This document shows, piece by piece, positions 46,139 to 56,545 of a DNA stretch of 64,000 nt. How positions within the stretch are numbered: the first letter of the stretch is position 1; every line of letters begins with the position of its first letter. The notes under the pieces are model-generated. The model searched no databases. It was not told the origin of the DNA and worked only from the letters and a program-made list of their open reading frames with translations. Origin of the DNA: Patescibacteria group bacterium (GTDB lineage Bacteria; Patescibacteriota; Dojkabacteria; J137). Location: the NCBI GenBank assembly GCA_016861265.1, contig BOLA01000001.1, positions 267,569-331,568 on the forward strand. Direction: 5' to 3'. A program made the position numbers and the translations under genes.

Positions 46139-46516
46139 TTATGCTGCCTCTTCTGTCTTTTCTGATTCTTGAATGTCTTCTACTTTAGCTACAATTTCTT
46201 CGAATGCCTTTTGTGCTCTCTTTTTTACTGGAGCTAATTTATTATATACAGATGGAGCTTTTGGCTCTAACATCTTTAAAATTTTGCCTAATTTATAGTT
46301 AATCTCGTCTAGTTGTCTTTGTAAGTTCATGTCACCAAAGCTACCATCTCTTCTTTGATTGCTGCCTTGCATTCTTTCAAAACAGTCACTGCAGAATACT
46401 GGCTTATTACTTGTTGGTTTGAATGGAACTTTACATTTTCTGCCGCATTCATCGCATATAGCGTCAAACATTTCTCTTGGCTCTCTTGAAGGTGCTCTGT
46501 CGTAATGATCTCTCAT
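46139..46516 (-). CDS. CxxC-x17-CxxC zinc-finger protein
   Basis: MFDAICDECGRKCKVPFKPTSNKPVFCSDCF. Confidence 0.9.
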   Translation of the reverse strand: MRDHYDRAPSREPREMFDAICDECGRKCKVPFKPTSNKPVFCSDCFERMQGSNQRRDGSFGDMNLQRQLDEINYKLGKILKMLEPKAPSVYNKLAPVKKRAQKAFEEIVAKVEDIQESEKTEEAA

Positions 46517-46605
46517 ATTTATGTATAAATAGTTAAATTGCTTTGTAGTTTAGCCTTTTATAGCAAAAATAGCAATATTATAGGGTAATTCGATACTAAA
46601 TATAT

Positions 46606-47157
46606 TTATAATCCGCCAGTTTCTTTTTTACCCTTCGCTCTTCTTACAAGCTCATCTCTAATTTGAACTGCATCGGCTTCTGCAATAGCGGGTAATCGCC
46701 CTTCTGCCCCCGCTCCATAGGCTCCATATTTTCCATATACAGCACTCATACCTGCTGTTTGAATCTGTAAGTCAGATAGGCCTAATAGTCTTGAAAGCAA
46801 TCCTCTGTTAATATCTACATTTTGAATTCGCTCGTAAGGGATAGTTACATACTTTTTAGTAATAATTCCTGATTCCTTGTAAAAGCCATCTTCTTTTAGT
46901 TCGTACTTGTAATTACTATAGGTTAGTTTTGCGGTAATATAACTCAAGATAATAACCACAATAGACATAAATATAAAGCCCAAAAATAGCATTACAGTTG
47001 CAGAACCGAATAGGTTTATACTGCCTCTTGAATCTTCAAGTATTCCAATGAACACCGGGAAAATAAAGCAACTACCAAAGAAAACCACAAAAATAATCCA
47101 GCCTATACTGTACTGTAGAAAAAACAACCATACAGATTTTGGATCTAATCTTTTCAT
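46606..47157 (-). CDS. YdbS-like bacterial PH domain membrane protein
   Basis: Two TM, then ESGII..IPYERIQNVDINRGLLSRLLGLSDLQIQTAG. Confidence 0.85.
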   Translation of the reverse strand: MKRLDPKSVWLFFLQYSIGWIIFVVFFGSCFIFPVFIGILEDSRGSINLFGSATVMLFLGFIFMSIVVIILSYITAKLTYSNYKYELKEDGFYKESGIITKKYVTIPYERIQNVDINRGLLSRLLGLSDLQIQTAGMSAVYGKYGAYGAGAEGRLPAIAEADAVQIRDELVRRAKGKKETGGL

Positions 47158-47234
47158 AAATAAACAAAATTAATTATTAATATGATTATATATCAAACCA
47201 ATAGCAATTTCTTACCTATTGCCTTTATTCAATA

Positions 47235-48155
47235 TTATTTATTAGTCTTTGCAGTTTCGTTACCAATTATCATAGCGTTTCTAATTTGCTCTGCTAGGTC
47301 AGTCATTCCTGCTGGGCTGTGCGGTAATAGAATTGTATTTGTATTCGATGTATGCCCAAGTTCTTTAATAGTATCAAAGTATTGAGTTAGCAATACTAAA
47401 TTCATTACATCCTGAGTTGTGGCTCCACTTACTCCATCCTTAAAGTGTTCAACCGATTCTTTTAGACCATCAATAATTGCTTTTCTTTGATCAGCAATAC
47501 CCTTACCTTGTAAAGCTTTCGATTGAGCATCGGCTTCAGCAGCCTTAACTCTCAAAATTCTATCTGCTTCTCCTTTTTCACTTGCCGCCACTCTTAGTCT
47601 TTGAGCTGCATTAATTTCGTTCATAGAATCCTTTACCTTTGCATTTGGTTCAATGTCTGTAACCAAGGCATTCATTATTTGAAATCCAAAACCCGTCATA
47701 GTTTCGTTTAGCTCTTCTTTAACTGCCAAAGCAATTTCATCTTTCTTTTCGAATAAATCGTCTAGTTTAATCTTTGGAACTTTTGCTCTAACAACATCAA
47801 ACACATAAGAATTAATCTGTTGACTTGGGTCAGCTAATTTATAAAAAGCTTCGTACACTTTTTCAGGAATAACAAAATACTGAACCGAAATTAATATGTG
47901 TACAAAAACGTTATCTTCAGTCTTTGTCTCAGCTTGAATATTTAACTGAGTCACCCTAAGACTTTGTCTTTTAACAACCTTTTCTACAAATGGAATCTTA
48001 AAATTTAAACCAGGACTAGCCATTCTTACAAATTTTCCGAATCGCTCTACAATTCCTACTGTTTGTTGTTCAACAGTGAATACAGAAAGAAAAATTAGAG
48101 TGATTACAACTAAAGCCAGGAAACCCACTACCATCAGCAAGATAAAAACATTCAT
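47235..48155 (-). CDS. SPFH/band 7 (stomatin-like) protein
   Basis: IVERFGKF..PGLNFKIP..ETKTEDNVFV..MNEINAAQR. Confidence 0.92.
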   Translation of the reverse strand: MNVFILLMVVGFLALVVITLIFLSVFTVEQQTVGIVERFGKFVRMASPGLNFKIPFVEKVVKRQSLRVTQLNIQAETKTEDNVFVHILISVQYFVIPEKVYEAFYKLADPSQQINSYVFDVVRAKVPKIKLDDLFEKKDEIALAVKEELNETMTGFGFQIMNALVTDIEPNAKVKDSMNEINAAQRLRVAASEKGEADRILRVKAAEADAQSKALQGKGIADQRKAIIDGLKESVEHFKDGVSGATTQDVMNLVLLTQYFDTIKELGHTSNTNTILLPHSPAGMTDLAEQIRNAMIIGNETAKTNK

Positions 48156-48260
48156 ATTAAGAAGATAATAGATATATTACATTTTAGCAAATAGGATAAG
48201 CATTATAAAGGCGGCTGACTTTATTATCTAACTTCTGACAGTCAATAAATTAAAACCAGC

Positions 48261-49835
48261 TTATTTATTCTCCTTAAGAATCTCCTCAATTTGTGCCTGG
48301 GTTAATGCTAACCAAGGTGAGCTTGTTGGATCGGCTGTTGCGGCAGCAGGACTATCGCCTTGCGTCCACCATTTTGCAACATAAGGAACACCGTTGAACA
48401 TTACTCTGTTACCAGAATCGTATTGTGTTGTTCCAGACCATGCTGGGTAAGTTCCTTCGGGTAGTGTTAATTGGGCAACAGGTTTTTCACCTGGTAATAC
48501 TGGGCCAATTAATTGCCAAGGAGTCTGCCATGACTGTAGAACTGGATTATCTGGTAAGTCACCTTGAGTCCACCATTTTGCTTGATAAACATTTTTATGC
48601 CAAACAACCTTTGTACCTTCAAGATAAACGTTTAATTCACTCCAGATTTGATAAGGACTAGAAGCCGGATCGTCTATATCGTTAGTTGTTTCTTGACCAT
48701 CTTCTTGTGTAGTTACTATATTCTGCATTATTGTTCCGTCCATTTCTGAACTTAATGCATAAATAAAGGCAAGACTATCCTGTTTTATTCCACTACAGGA
48801 ATCAGAAACCATAGTCAGGTTTGCATAGTTTTCTCCACACTGAATATCTCGGTTTGCGGACCACATAGACACTCTAATAATACTCTTAGAAGCAACAAAT
48901 TTATTCAAGGCCTTTGCATCTTCGAGCGTAAAAATATCTGTTAGAACATCGTTTTGACCAATCATTGGAGTTGCTCCAATCTTCTTCCACAAAGTTGAAT
49001 CGCTTAAATTAATTCCTGCATTCTTATATAGTATACCTAGTTGCCTTTGTGTTTCTATTAAGGCTCTTTCACTCGCCTGCTCCATAGTTTGCCCTGTTAC
49101 TCTGCTTTGCCCGTAATTCATTGTCATTATATTTACTCCAGCTAAATCCACACCGTTGGCAAGCATTGCCGCTACAGCATTTGTCCCACTTTCTGTTAGT
49201 CCACTTGGAATTACAGGAAGAGTTAGCCATATTGCAAGATTCTTACCCTGATCTCTTAGTTCTTGTTGAAGATTAGCAAGAACCTGAGCTCGTCTTGCTG
49301 CTGCATCTTCAGATAACCCATTGCCTTCCAAATCAAAATCTAGAGTATAGACACTGTATTTTTCTATTACTGACTTATATGCAGCTGATAATTTTTGAGA
49401 ATCGGTACAATTAGTTGCTAATTCATCGTTTAGTAGTCCTCCAAAGGAAACAGCAATATCTCCACCTAACTGTCTTAGCCTGGCAATTCTTCTATCAAGG
49501 TCTAACTGTGCATTCGCCTTATCTAGGGAATATGCCTTCCCCCAACTTGGAATGCAAGCATCTTCGGCAGAAGATACAATAAACGATAGAACAACATTTT
49601 TTGCTGGTGTTGTTCCTAATTTTTCGAAGTCATAGTATGGAGTTGCAGTTACATCTACATAAGGAGCGAACCATGGGTTTGAATTGCCTATAAATCGATT
49701 GTCCTGCCATTGCCTAAAACTTAGGAATGCAAAATAAGATAATCCTGCAATAACTACTAAAGCTAAGACAACTCTAATAGGAGATAACCTTCTTACTGGT
49801 CCTTCTGTTTTTTTGATTTCTTTTTCTGTGTTCAT
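48261..49835 (-). CDS. Membrane-anchored GH18 chitinase-like protein with two C-terminal CBM5/12 domains
   Basis: FAPYVD, SFGG, LDFDLE (DxDxE), NIMTMNYG; two AKWWTQG motifs. Confidence 0.9.
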   Translation of the reverse strand: MNTEKEIKKTEGPVRRLSPIRVVLALVVIAGLSYFAFLSFRQWQDNRFIGNSNPWFAPYVDVTATPYYDFEKLGTTPAKNVVLSFIVSSAEDACIPSWGKAYSLDKANAQLDLDRRIARLRQLGGDIAVSFGGLLNDELATNCTDSQKLSAAYKSVIEKYSVYTLDFDLEGNGLSEDAAARRAQVLANLQQELRDQGKNLAIWLTLPVIPSGLTESGTNAVAAMLANGVDLAGVNIMTMNYGQSRVTGQTMEQASERALIETQRQLGILYKNAGINLSDSTLWKKIGATPMIGQNDVLTDIFTLEDAKALNKFVASKSIIRVSMWSANRDIQCGENYANLTMVSDSCSGIKQDSLAFIYALSSEMDGTIMQNIVTTQEDGQETTNDIDDPASSPYQIWSELNVYLEGTKVVWHKNVYQAKWWTQGDLPDNPVLQSWQTPWQLIGPVLPGEKPVAQLTLPEGTYPAWSGTTQYDSGNRVMFNGVPYVAKWWTQGDSPAAATADPTSSPWLALTQAQIEEILKENK

Positions 49836-52132
49836 TATTTACTTTCTGATACTGTATCAACAACTAAATTTTTTAAAGATAAGTGAGGCACTTTTCCTTT
49901 ATTTTCACCATTGTAAAGTACTGCCTTCCAATCAATTTCAGAAGCATTTTCTGCGATTTTCTGTTCCTGCTTAGGTTTTACATCTACATACAACCAGCTA
50001 GTTAATCCTAACCAGATATCGGTTAATAAATTGCCAAAACCTATATACGCTGCAATAGCATAAGTTGCTGCTAAGGCATTTAATGCTGCAAAGGCTGCAT
50101 TACCCCAGTTCTGATCCGCTACATTTATTAAGAATATATATACCGAGAATGCAACAATACCAACTGGAACGGCTACAAACAAAAGCGATGCTGCAGTTCT
50201 GTTTTTAATTTTTGGGGTTCTAGCAAATGGAATTTTTTTACCGGTTAATGCCTGCTCAATGGATTTAATTACACCGGCAAGGTTTACAGGTAATAGAATT
50301 AGATTAAAGCCGTAAATTCCAAGTATATCTAAGTAGCTATAACGGCAATACTTTAGGTCTACAGCCTGTGCAATAAAGTATGGCAAGGCAGTTAATAGAA
50401 CCAATGTACTTAGTAAATGACCATTAAACGGGTAGGCTAATAGAAACACCAAACCAAAACTTGCCCATGCAATTGATGCCATGTAGTTTACCCTTAGCAT
50501 TATTTCAATTCTTGAAACATATTCGTTTCTTCGCTTCTTTTCTCTAATCATTGCAAACAGCTTAGGCAATATCAGTAAACCACCATTCGCCCATCTTCTT
50601 CTTTGAATAACTAAAGATCCAAAGTCGGGCGGTGTGGCACTGTAGCTTAATCTTTCCGGATAGTTTACTAGCTTCCATCCGTGAACTGCCAAGTCAATGC
50701 TTGATTCGGTATCTTCAATAACTGTTCTATCTTGTATAAACCTTTTAATTTCAAAACCGCCTATCCATTCTTTTTCTACAATATCGTTAAGTGCAATTTT
50801 TCGAATAACAGCATTAGCACCTACCCAAAATGTTGCGCCATACTGGCTCATTCCTTGGTGCAAAATATGTTGTACATCGGTTGTAGCTCCAGAAATTCGT
50901 TCAATTCTTGTAAATGCTCCTCTAAAAGAAGAATACGGAGTTTGAGTTACGGCCACTCTTTCGTTGCCTGGCTGCTGTAAAAAGTACACTAATCTTAAAC
51001 AATAGTCTTTAAGCAAAATTGAGTCTGCATCTAGAGTTAATAAGAATTCGCTATCAGGAATTTGAATATCGTATTCCTCTCCTTCTTCTGCTGCTACTAG
51101 AATTGTTCCATCTGGTGTCTGCTCAAACTTATAATTTGCCCCCATTAATCCAATGTACGAATTCAAGTTCATTGCTTTGTTTGCTTCCTTAGAAAGAGAT
51201 GCATATTTTTTTCTTTCAAAGTATGTAAGTTCACACTTAAAAATCCATAATAACCTTTTATACAATTGGTTAATTCTTTCTTTAGAAAGTTGAGCACCTT
51301 CTTTTACAGCTAGGTCCAGAGCCTGAGAAACTAGTTTTAAGTCTTCCGCTAGTTCGTTTAGTACTTGATCTCTAAAGAATACATCTACATGATCTTCTAT
51401 TTGCTCTTCCCTAGCCATTTTAAATAGGTATTCAGCTGCCCAAAGATAATGTTCCGACAATTCCTTAATTACGGGTGCCGGAATAAGCGAGTTATTATTG
51501 TATTTATGTTCAAAGCTTTCGAATGCATTATTGAATCTATCGAAGGGGACTGCCAATAAATACTCTATTTCCTTGGCTATGTTTCTGGTTTGGTTTAGTC
51601 TTTCAAGTGCTGCAGGATTTGTGGGATTGGGATTATCATCTAGTAAAAGAACCACTCTTTTCTGTGGATATTCCTGAATTGCCGCAGAGAATAAAGTTTT
51701 TCTTATTACATCAGGTTCTTCATTATAAGAAGGCACGAGTACTGTAATTGCTGAGTCGCTATGCGAGAAATGCTTTTCTAATACAGAATGCGGTACTCTT
51801 ACATGTTTACTGAATCTTTCGAATGCACCTAGTCTTGCAATTAAATACATTAGAGCCGAAAATGTCAAAAAAGTTACAACAGCCGCATAGGTAAATGCCT
51901 CCATTGTAAAGTCGTACCCTTGAGGTGTATCTATTAATTGTCTAATTATTATTGAAAGTATGTATGTTATCCAGAAGAAGATTGTGAGAAAGATTGCGAT
52001 TCTACTTAAAACTAGTTTAGTAGTTGACGGTCTTTCGTGAAGCCACGGCAAAGGCACCATATTTTTTTCACTTCCCCACTGCCTTTTTTGATTAATAATA
52101 GGGTCGCTTTTTGTTTTTTTGTTCTTGAACAT
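49835..52132 (-). CDS. Processive GT2 polysaccharide synthase (cellulose/chitin synthase-like)
   Basis: VPSYNE, LLDD, KAMNLN, LDADS, QTPY, IEDTE, QRRRW; N- and C-terminal TMs; stop overlaps GH18 start. Confidence 0.9.
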   Translation of the reverse strand: MFKNKKTKSDPIINQKRQWGSEKNMVPLPWLHERPSTTKLVLSRIAIFLTIFFWITYILSIIIRQLIDTPQGYDFTMEAFTYAAVVTFLTFSALMYLIARLGAFERFSKHVRVPHSVLEKHFSHSDSAITVLVPSYNEEPDVIRKTLFSAAIQEYPQKRVVLLLDDNPNPTNPAALERLNQTRNIAKEIEYLLAVPFDRFNNAFESFEHKYNNNSLIPAPVIKELSEHYLWAAEYLFKMAREEQIEDHVDVFFRDQVLNELAEDLKLVSQALDLAVKEGAQLSKERINQLYKRLLWIFKCELTYFERKKYASLSKEANKAMNLNSYIGLMGANYKFEQTPDGTILVAAEEGEEYDIQIPDSEFLLTLDADSILLKDYCLRLVYFLQQPGNERVAVTQTPYSSFRGAFTRIERISGATTDVQHILHQGMSQYGATFWVGANAVIRKIALNDIVEKEWIGGFEIKRFIQDRTVIEDTESSIDLAVHGWKLVNYPERLSYSATPPDFGSLVIQRRRWANGGLLILPKLFAMIREKKRRNEYVSRIEIMLRVNYMASIAWASFGLVFLLAYPFNGHLLSTLVLLTALPYFIAQAVDLKYCRYSYLDILGIYGFNLILLPVNLAGVIKSIEQALTGKKIPFARTPKIKNRTAASLLFVAVPVGIVAFSVYIFLINVADQNWGNAAFAALNALAATYAIAAYIGFGNLLTDIWLGLTSWLYVDVKPKQEQKIAENASEIDWKAVLYNGENKGKVPHLSLKNLVVDTVSESK

Positions 52133-52237
52133 AGTTATATATACTGTATCTATTCAAATTTACCCAGAAATCTAATCCACAATAATAACACGAAAGTGCA
52201 ACAAAGATAATGTTCTGGTGCATAATCAATTTGAATA

Positions 52238-53235
52238 TTAGTTACAGTAATCACTCTCCGCTGTAGCATCAACGGCTATAACCGGCAAAGACCTTGCCAA
52301 TGCTTTATTTTCACCTTCCAGATAATCCAGCCAACAGATTGCATTCGATGCAGTTTCGGCATCGTCCATATGAGTAGCTATATAATTAGGATCGGTTTGA
52401 GAAATTGAATTCTTCTGACGTAAATCAATTACCCCGAAGTCGAAGCCTACATTGTGATTTTGCCTTATACCTACTTCTATTGCTATAACTTCGTCTTTAT
52501 TAAATAGCAGACTTGGACTACTATAGGTTATTCCTAAAGCTTTGGCGAGAGTGTTAATAAGTGATCAAATTTATAGATAATTCCGCATTTAGAAATAAAT
52601 TCAATTAAATATTGCACTTCACCTTCCTGGTCGTATTTTGAGGCTCTCCATAAATATGCGTCGGCTGGCATTCTTACTGTCACCGAATTGCTTTCCGGAT
52701 TAAATCTTAACCCGCCATGAGTCTTGTAATCAGTTCCTCGCACTTGGCCTGGGTAAAGTATGGATACAGCAAGCGATAAATCAGCCGGGCTTGAAAACTC
52801 AAGCGGGTCTGTACAGGCTGGCGCATTAACTGGTGCAATCCAATTTGGCATATCGTATGTCCATATAATACCGTCAACATCTGTTTGAACTGCGGTAGAT
52901 ATATTTTTCTTAACCCCTGGGCAATTTGCTTCAATCCATACTTTTTGTTCTTCGCTAAAACTATACTTTTGACTACCTATATATGCATAAGAAGGATTTC
53001 CGAATCTAAGTTCATCCACACAAGTATTGTCAGTTATTGGTATAACTATTTCTTGTTGATCAACAGGCTGCGAAACAATCAAGCTGCTGTCTTCATAGAT
53101 TTGATCTATATTATTATCAATACTAGGTGTTGCTAAATTAGAGACAATAACTACAACTGAAATTACAAGCATTACACTTATACTTACTAAAATTGGTAAC
53201 CTGTATTTTTTTAATACTAATATTGTTGAGTTCAA
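52238..53235 (-). pseudogene. Disrupted membrane-anchored protein
   Basis: Frame stops at LSPKL-TAG (52534); another frame continues EVIAIEVG..GFDFGVIDLRQKN..AICWLDYL..ESDYCN* to 52238. Confidence 0.65.
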
Positions 53236-53249
53236 ATTTATATATATTG

Positions 53250-53673
53250 TTAAAATGAACCTGTCGTAACCTGACCGTCTCTTTTATAGCTCGCAATAAT
53301 TACTCCGCTAGGCGAATTCTTACATTCTATTAGTTTATACGCCGCAGGAACAGTTCCGTTATCGAATAGTTTTTTGCCAGCTGTGCTCTTTAAGTGTTGT
53401 TGAAACTACATACTTGGTTGCACTATTAATTCCTTCACCTTCTTGAGTATGTTCTGGCCAGTATGCGGCAAAAATTTCGAAAGTTTTTCTACCTAAAAGT
53501 AGGTCAAAAGGTACAGACATTTGTTTGCCCATTTCTTGTCCCACAAACTCGTCAAAATAAGGAACGCTCCAACCACCTAATGTAAAGTTCCCAGTGGTGT
53601 CTTCGTGCGGTCCACCTGGAGCTTGCATTACTCCATCCATTGACATAAAAGTAAGTACTACAATTTTTCGCAT
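53250..53673 (-). pseudogene. RibD-C/DHFR-like reductase with internal deletion
   Basis: MRKIVV..DGVMQAPG..LLGRKTFE..KYVVS, then shifted frame LFDNGTVPAAYKL..SGVIIASYKRDGQVTTGSF*; middle missing. Confidence 0.8.
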
Positions 53674-53730
53674 ACTAGATAATTAACTTTTAATTTAATT
53701 ATTATACTTTTATTTAAGTTCAAACTAAAT

Positions 53731-54030
53731 TTATTCTGAATAACTTGCCATTATTTCTTTAATTTTTCTGAATGTGTTGCAATTGCGTACAGTTGAGTTT
53801 TTATATATAGGAGTTCCAATTATTTTTAATAATCCGCTTTTTGTAACCTTGTCACGGTCAATTCTCCATAAAACTGCACCATCTGTATATTTAACATCGT
53901 CAATTCCTGGTTTAATTGTTAGTTGGTCTAAGATCTCCTTCTTATTAATATTGTCCCACAAGAATATTATATCGCATTTCATTTCTGTATTATTTAACCA
54001 GTTGTCGGGAAGGTGTTTTGAAATATTTAA
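53731..54030 (-). pseudogene. C-terminal remnant of a DUF1697-like protein
   Basis: LPDNWLNNTEMKCDIIFLW..GAVLW..IYKNSTVRNCNTFRKI; N-terminal half absent. Confidence 0.65.
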
Positions 54031-54126
54031 AATCTCGTGTTCAGTTGGAGATTTCGTAATTAAACTGTATTCTAAGCTTGAACGTGCTGTATTTGAACGA
54101 AAGCGTTCGCTATATACTAATCATTA

Positions 54127-54780
54127 TTATTTATATACGATATCACTTAGAAACTTTAGTTCTACTTCAGGTGCCTCAAAAGCACCCAAATCACCATGTC
54201 TTGGTGCATCTGGTCTTTTGTCAATTGCAAATTCCAAAGCCATTTTGGCATATCTTTTTGCCTCATCAATTTTACCTAGTTCTTTACATAACCAGGCCGC
54301 ATGATATGTAAATTCATATTTGTTATATTTAAAAAAATCAAAATCTATATCATGCTCCTTTGTCAATTTATATGCTTCATGGTACCTATCTTTTTTACCT
54401 AAAATTAGAATTAACTTTATAAGCTTCATATCTGCATTTGAATAAATACCCCCCTTTTTTAGTTTTTTCATTTGGACATCATCCAGCCATAATAAATCAG
54501 AAACTTCTAATGCTTTATCAAAAGAGCCCTCTTTAATGTAAATTCCTGTCAAATCCTCCATTGCCATCTTTACTTGGAAATCTTCTTCAGCATATTCATT
54601 AATAACTCTATTTAAAAGCTCCTTCTTTATGTCCATATAGTTAAGAGACAAATTTCCAGCCTGTAACCTTATATATTGGGCTTTATTATAATTGCTTTTA
54701 GATCTAGATAACCTCTTTTCAAAGTTCTCGGCAATTTTATTATTCCACTCTTCATTTTCATACTATTTGTTATTCTTCAT
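54127..54780 (-). pseudogene. Orphan immunity-like helical protein with in-frame TAG near the start
   Basis: MKNNK-TAG-YENEEWNNKIAENFEKRLSRSK..KAQYIRLQA continues in frame into ORF 54127-54651. Confidence 0.55.
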
Positions 54781-54821
54781 ATTGACTGTATGATCTTTAG
54801 GATTTACATCTATAAATTCGT

Positions 54822-55301
54822 TTAACTCTGCACTACATATTCCCAATCAGTTATTAAGTTTTGATCTAGTAATTTATTCAATTCCATCTTTATTGAATCT
54901 TTTGAATTCTCTCCATCTAGATCAACTCCTATCATATTAATTTTAGAAGGATCTAAAACGCAACCTAAATCTACGAGATGTTGCATAACTTTTACTTGTT
55001 CTTCCTCTGATAACCTTGTATTAAATATAAATCTTGCGGAAGTATTTTTACTTCTGTACTTCAGCTTCGTTATGATGTCAGTATTTTTATCAACTTCAAC
55101 AACATCATATCTTTGAAACCCATAAACAAAGTGAGGTATTGAAACAATTATATAAAGATTGTCACCTATATAACGTGCTGCAAGATTTTCTTCATCATAA
55201 TCCTTACTCCATACATCGTCCGTAATCTTAACAAGCACAGCAGAATCAGGCTGAAGATTATTATTATGCATATGAGAATGTATATAAAGTCGATTTGTCA
55301 T
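54822..55301 (-). CDS. DUF4265-like putative immunity protein
   Basis: EENLAARYIGDNLYIIVSIPHFVYGFQRYDVVEV..S.N.SAR; exact start uncertain. Confidence 0.65.
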   Translation of the reverse strand: MTNRLYIHSHMHNNNLQPDSAVLVKITDDVWSKDYDEENLAARYIGDNLYIIVSIPHFVYGFQRYDVVEVDKNTDIITKLKYRSKNTSARFIFNTRLSEEEQVKVMQHLVDLGCVLDPSKINMIGVDLDGENSKDSIKMELNKLLDQNLITDWEYVVQS

Positions 55302-55591
55302 GAATGTATTATGAATAACGGTGTATAATCAATTAATTAATTTTCCTAAGCTGTTTTCTTGCTGATTTAATAACACTTCAAGATTCTCTGCTATTTTTGG
55401 ATCATTAGTTGTTGTATTAATAAAACTGTTAATGATTTTCTCTAATTCTGACATAAATTTAGCAGCTAATATAAGTACTCATAATCGGGGTTAGCTATCT
55501 TTAGTTCTATTCTTTCTGCAAACGCCATCGGTCCCATTACTGCATCATCATAAGAAATTGATTTAAATTTTTAAGAAATGTTCATAAATAT

Positions 55592-56167
55592 TTATAGTTT
55601 TCTTGCTACTCTAAGTGAATATGGCTCTTTACTGAATAAGTATGTATTAACAATCTCTCCTTCTTTAAATTTGTGTGAATAAATAATCTTATCTGGCTTA
55701 CTTTCTTCACTAGGAGATACATTAAAAATATTTTCAGGGATTGGCTCTAGTATTTTTAGTATGCGGAACTTTAAATCATTTGTAATTACAGCATAGCTTT
55801 TTAAAAAGCGACTGTCACTATTTATAATTGGTAAATAAACTGTATATAAATAATCCCATTTATTTTTTAGGAAAAATTCTTCAAAGAAAACCTTTAACAC
55901 TTTCTCTAAGTTGTTGAAACTAAAAAACGATAAGAAGTTATCATTAACAACTTCAACCGTCATCCAATCATCTATACTGTTATCAATAGATAACTCAATA
56001 GATTGTGTACTTAAACAAGTGTTCTTTAAGTTAATTTTTAGTTCCATAGTTAAGTAAAAATTAGGATTAACTATAGTTTTAATTGTAATTGGATCCTCAT
56101 ATTCCTTAACTCCATCTCTGTGCAGTTCGTACCACTTAACTAGTTTTGTATAGTTGTCCATAAACAA
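55592..56167 (-). CDS. Hypothetical protein in immunity array
   Basis: AT-rich ORF directly downstream of the cognate immunity candidate. Confidence 0.5.
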   Translation of the reverse strand: MFMDNYTKLVKWYELHRDGVKEYEDPITIKTIVNPNFYLTMELKINLKNTCLSTQSIELSIDNSIDDWMTVEVVNDNFLSFFSFNNLEKVLKVFFEEFFLKNKWDYLYTVYLPIINSDSRFLKSYAVITNDLKFRILKILEPIPENIFNVSPSEESKPDKIIYSHKFKEGEIVNTYLFSKEPYSLRVARKL

Positions 56168-56545
56168 TTAATTATAAATTAAAAATTGCTCGGCAAGCTT
56201 AAGTAGTTCGCCCTTTAAAAACTGACCTTCTACTAAATAATTTACATCGTCTTTATTTAGGTTTTCTAGAAATCCAAGATACACTAAAGTATCATAATAA
56301 TTTATATTCAAGCTTAAGAGACCCTCTAAAAAACTAATCACATTTTCTCTAACCAAATTATTATTTTTATATAAACCTGTAAAAAAGACCGCTAACTCAC
56401 TTATCAGCAGATAAGGAATAACCTCATTATAAGTTTGAGTATGTTCAATAAGTTCCCTGTTAAACTCTGGAATAGAGTTCTCTATTGTTCGTCTTAAATA
56501 TTCGCCCGGAAATCTATTTGATAAAGTTTTGTTTATATTATTCAT
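56168..56545 (-). CDS. Probable cognate immunity protein of the RHS toxin
   Basis: ATG overlaps toxin stop; [13 protein letters not shown]..FLEx[10 protein letters not shown] helical pattern. Confidence 0.6.
   Translation of the reverse strand: MNNINKTLSNRFPGEYLRRTIENSIPEFNRELIEHTQTYNEVIPYLLISELAVFFTGLYKNNNLVRENVISFLEGLLSLNINYYDTLVYLGFLENLNKDDVNYLVEGQFLKGELLKLAEQFLIYN

Noticed and set aside
52534-54765. In-frame TAG codons as evidence of stop-codon recoding
   Set aside because: The two sites imply different residues (probably Gln and Trp), one is followed by TAA and a frameshift, and TAG/TGA end intact genes elsewhere
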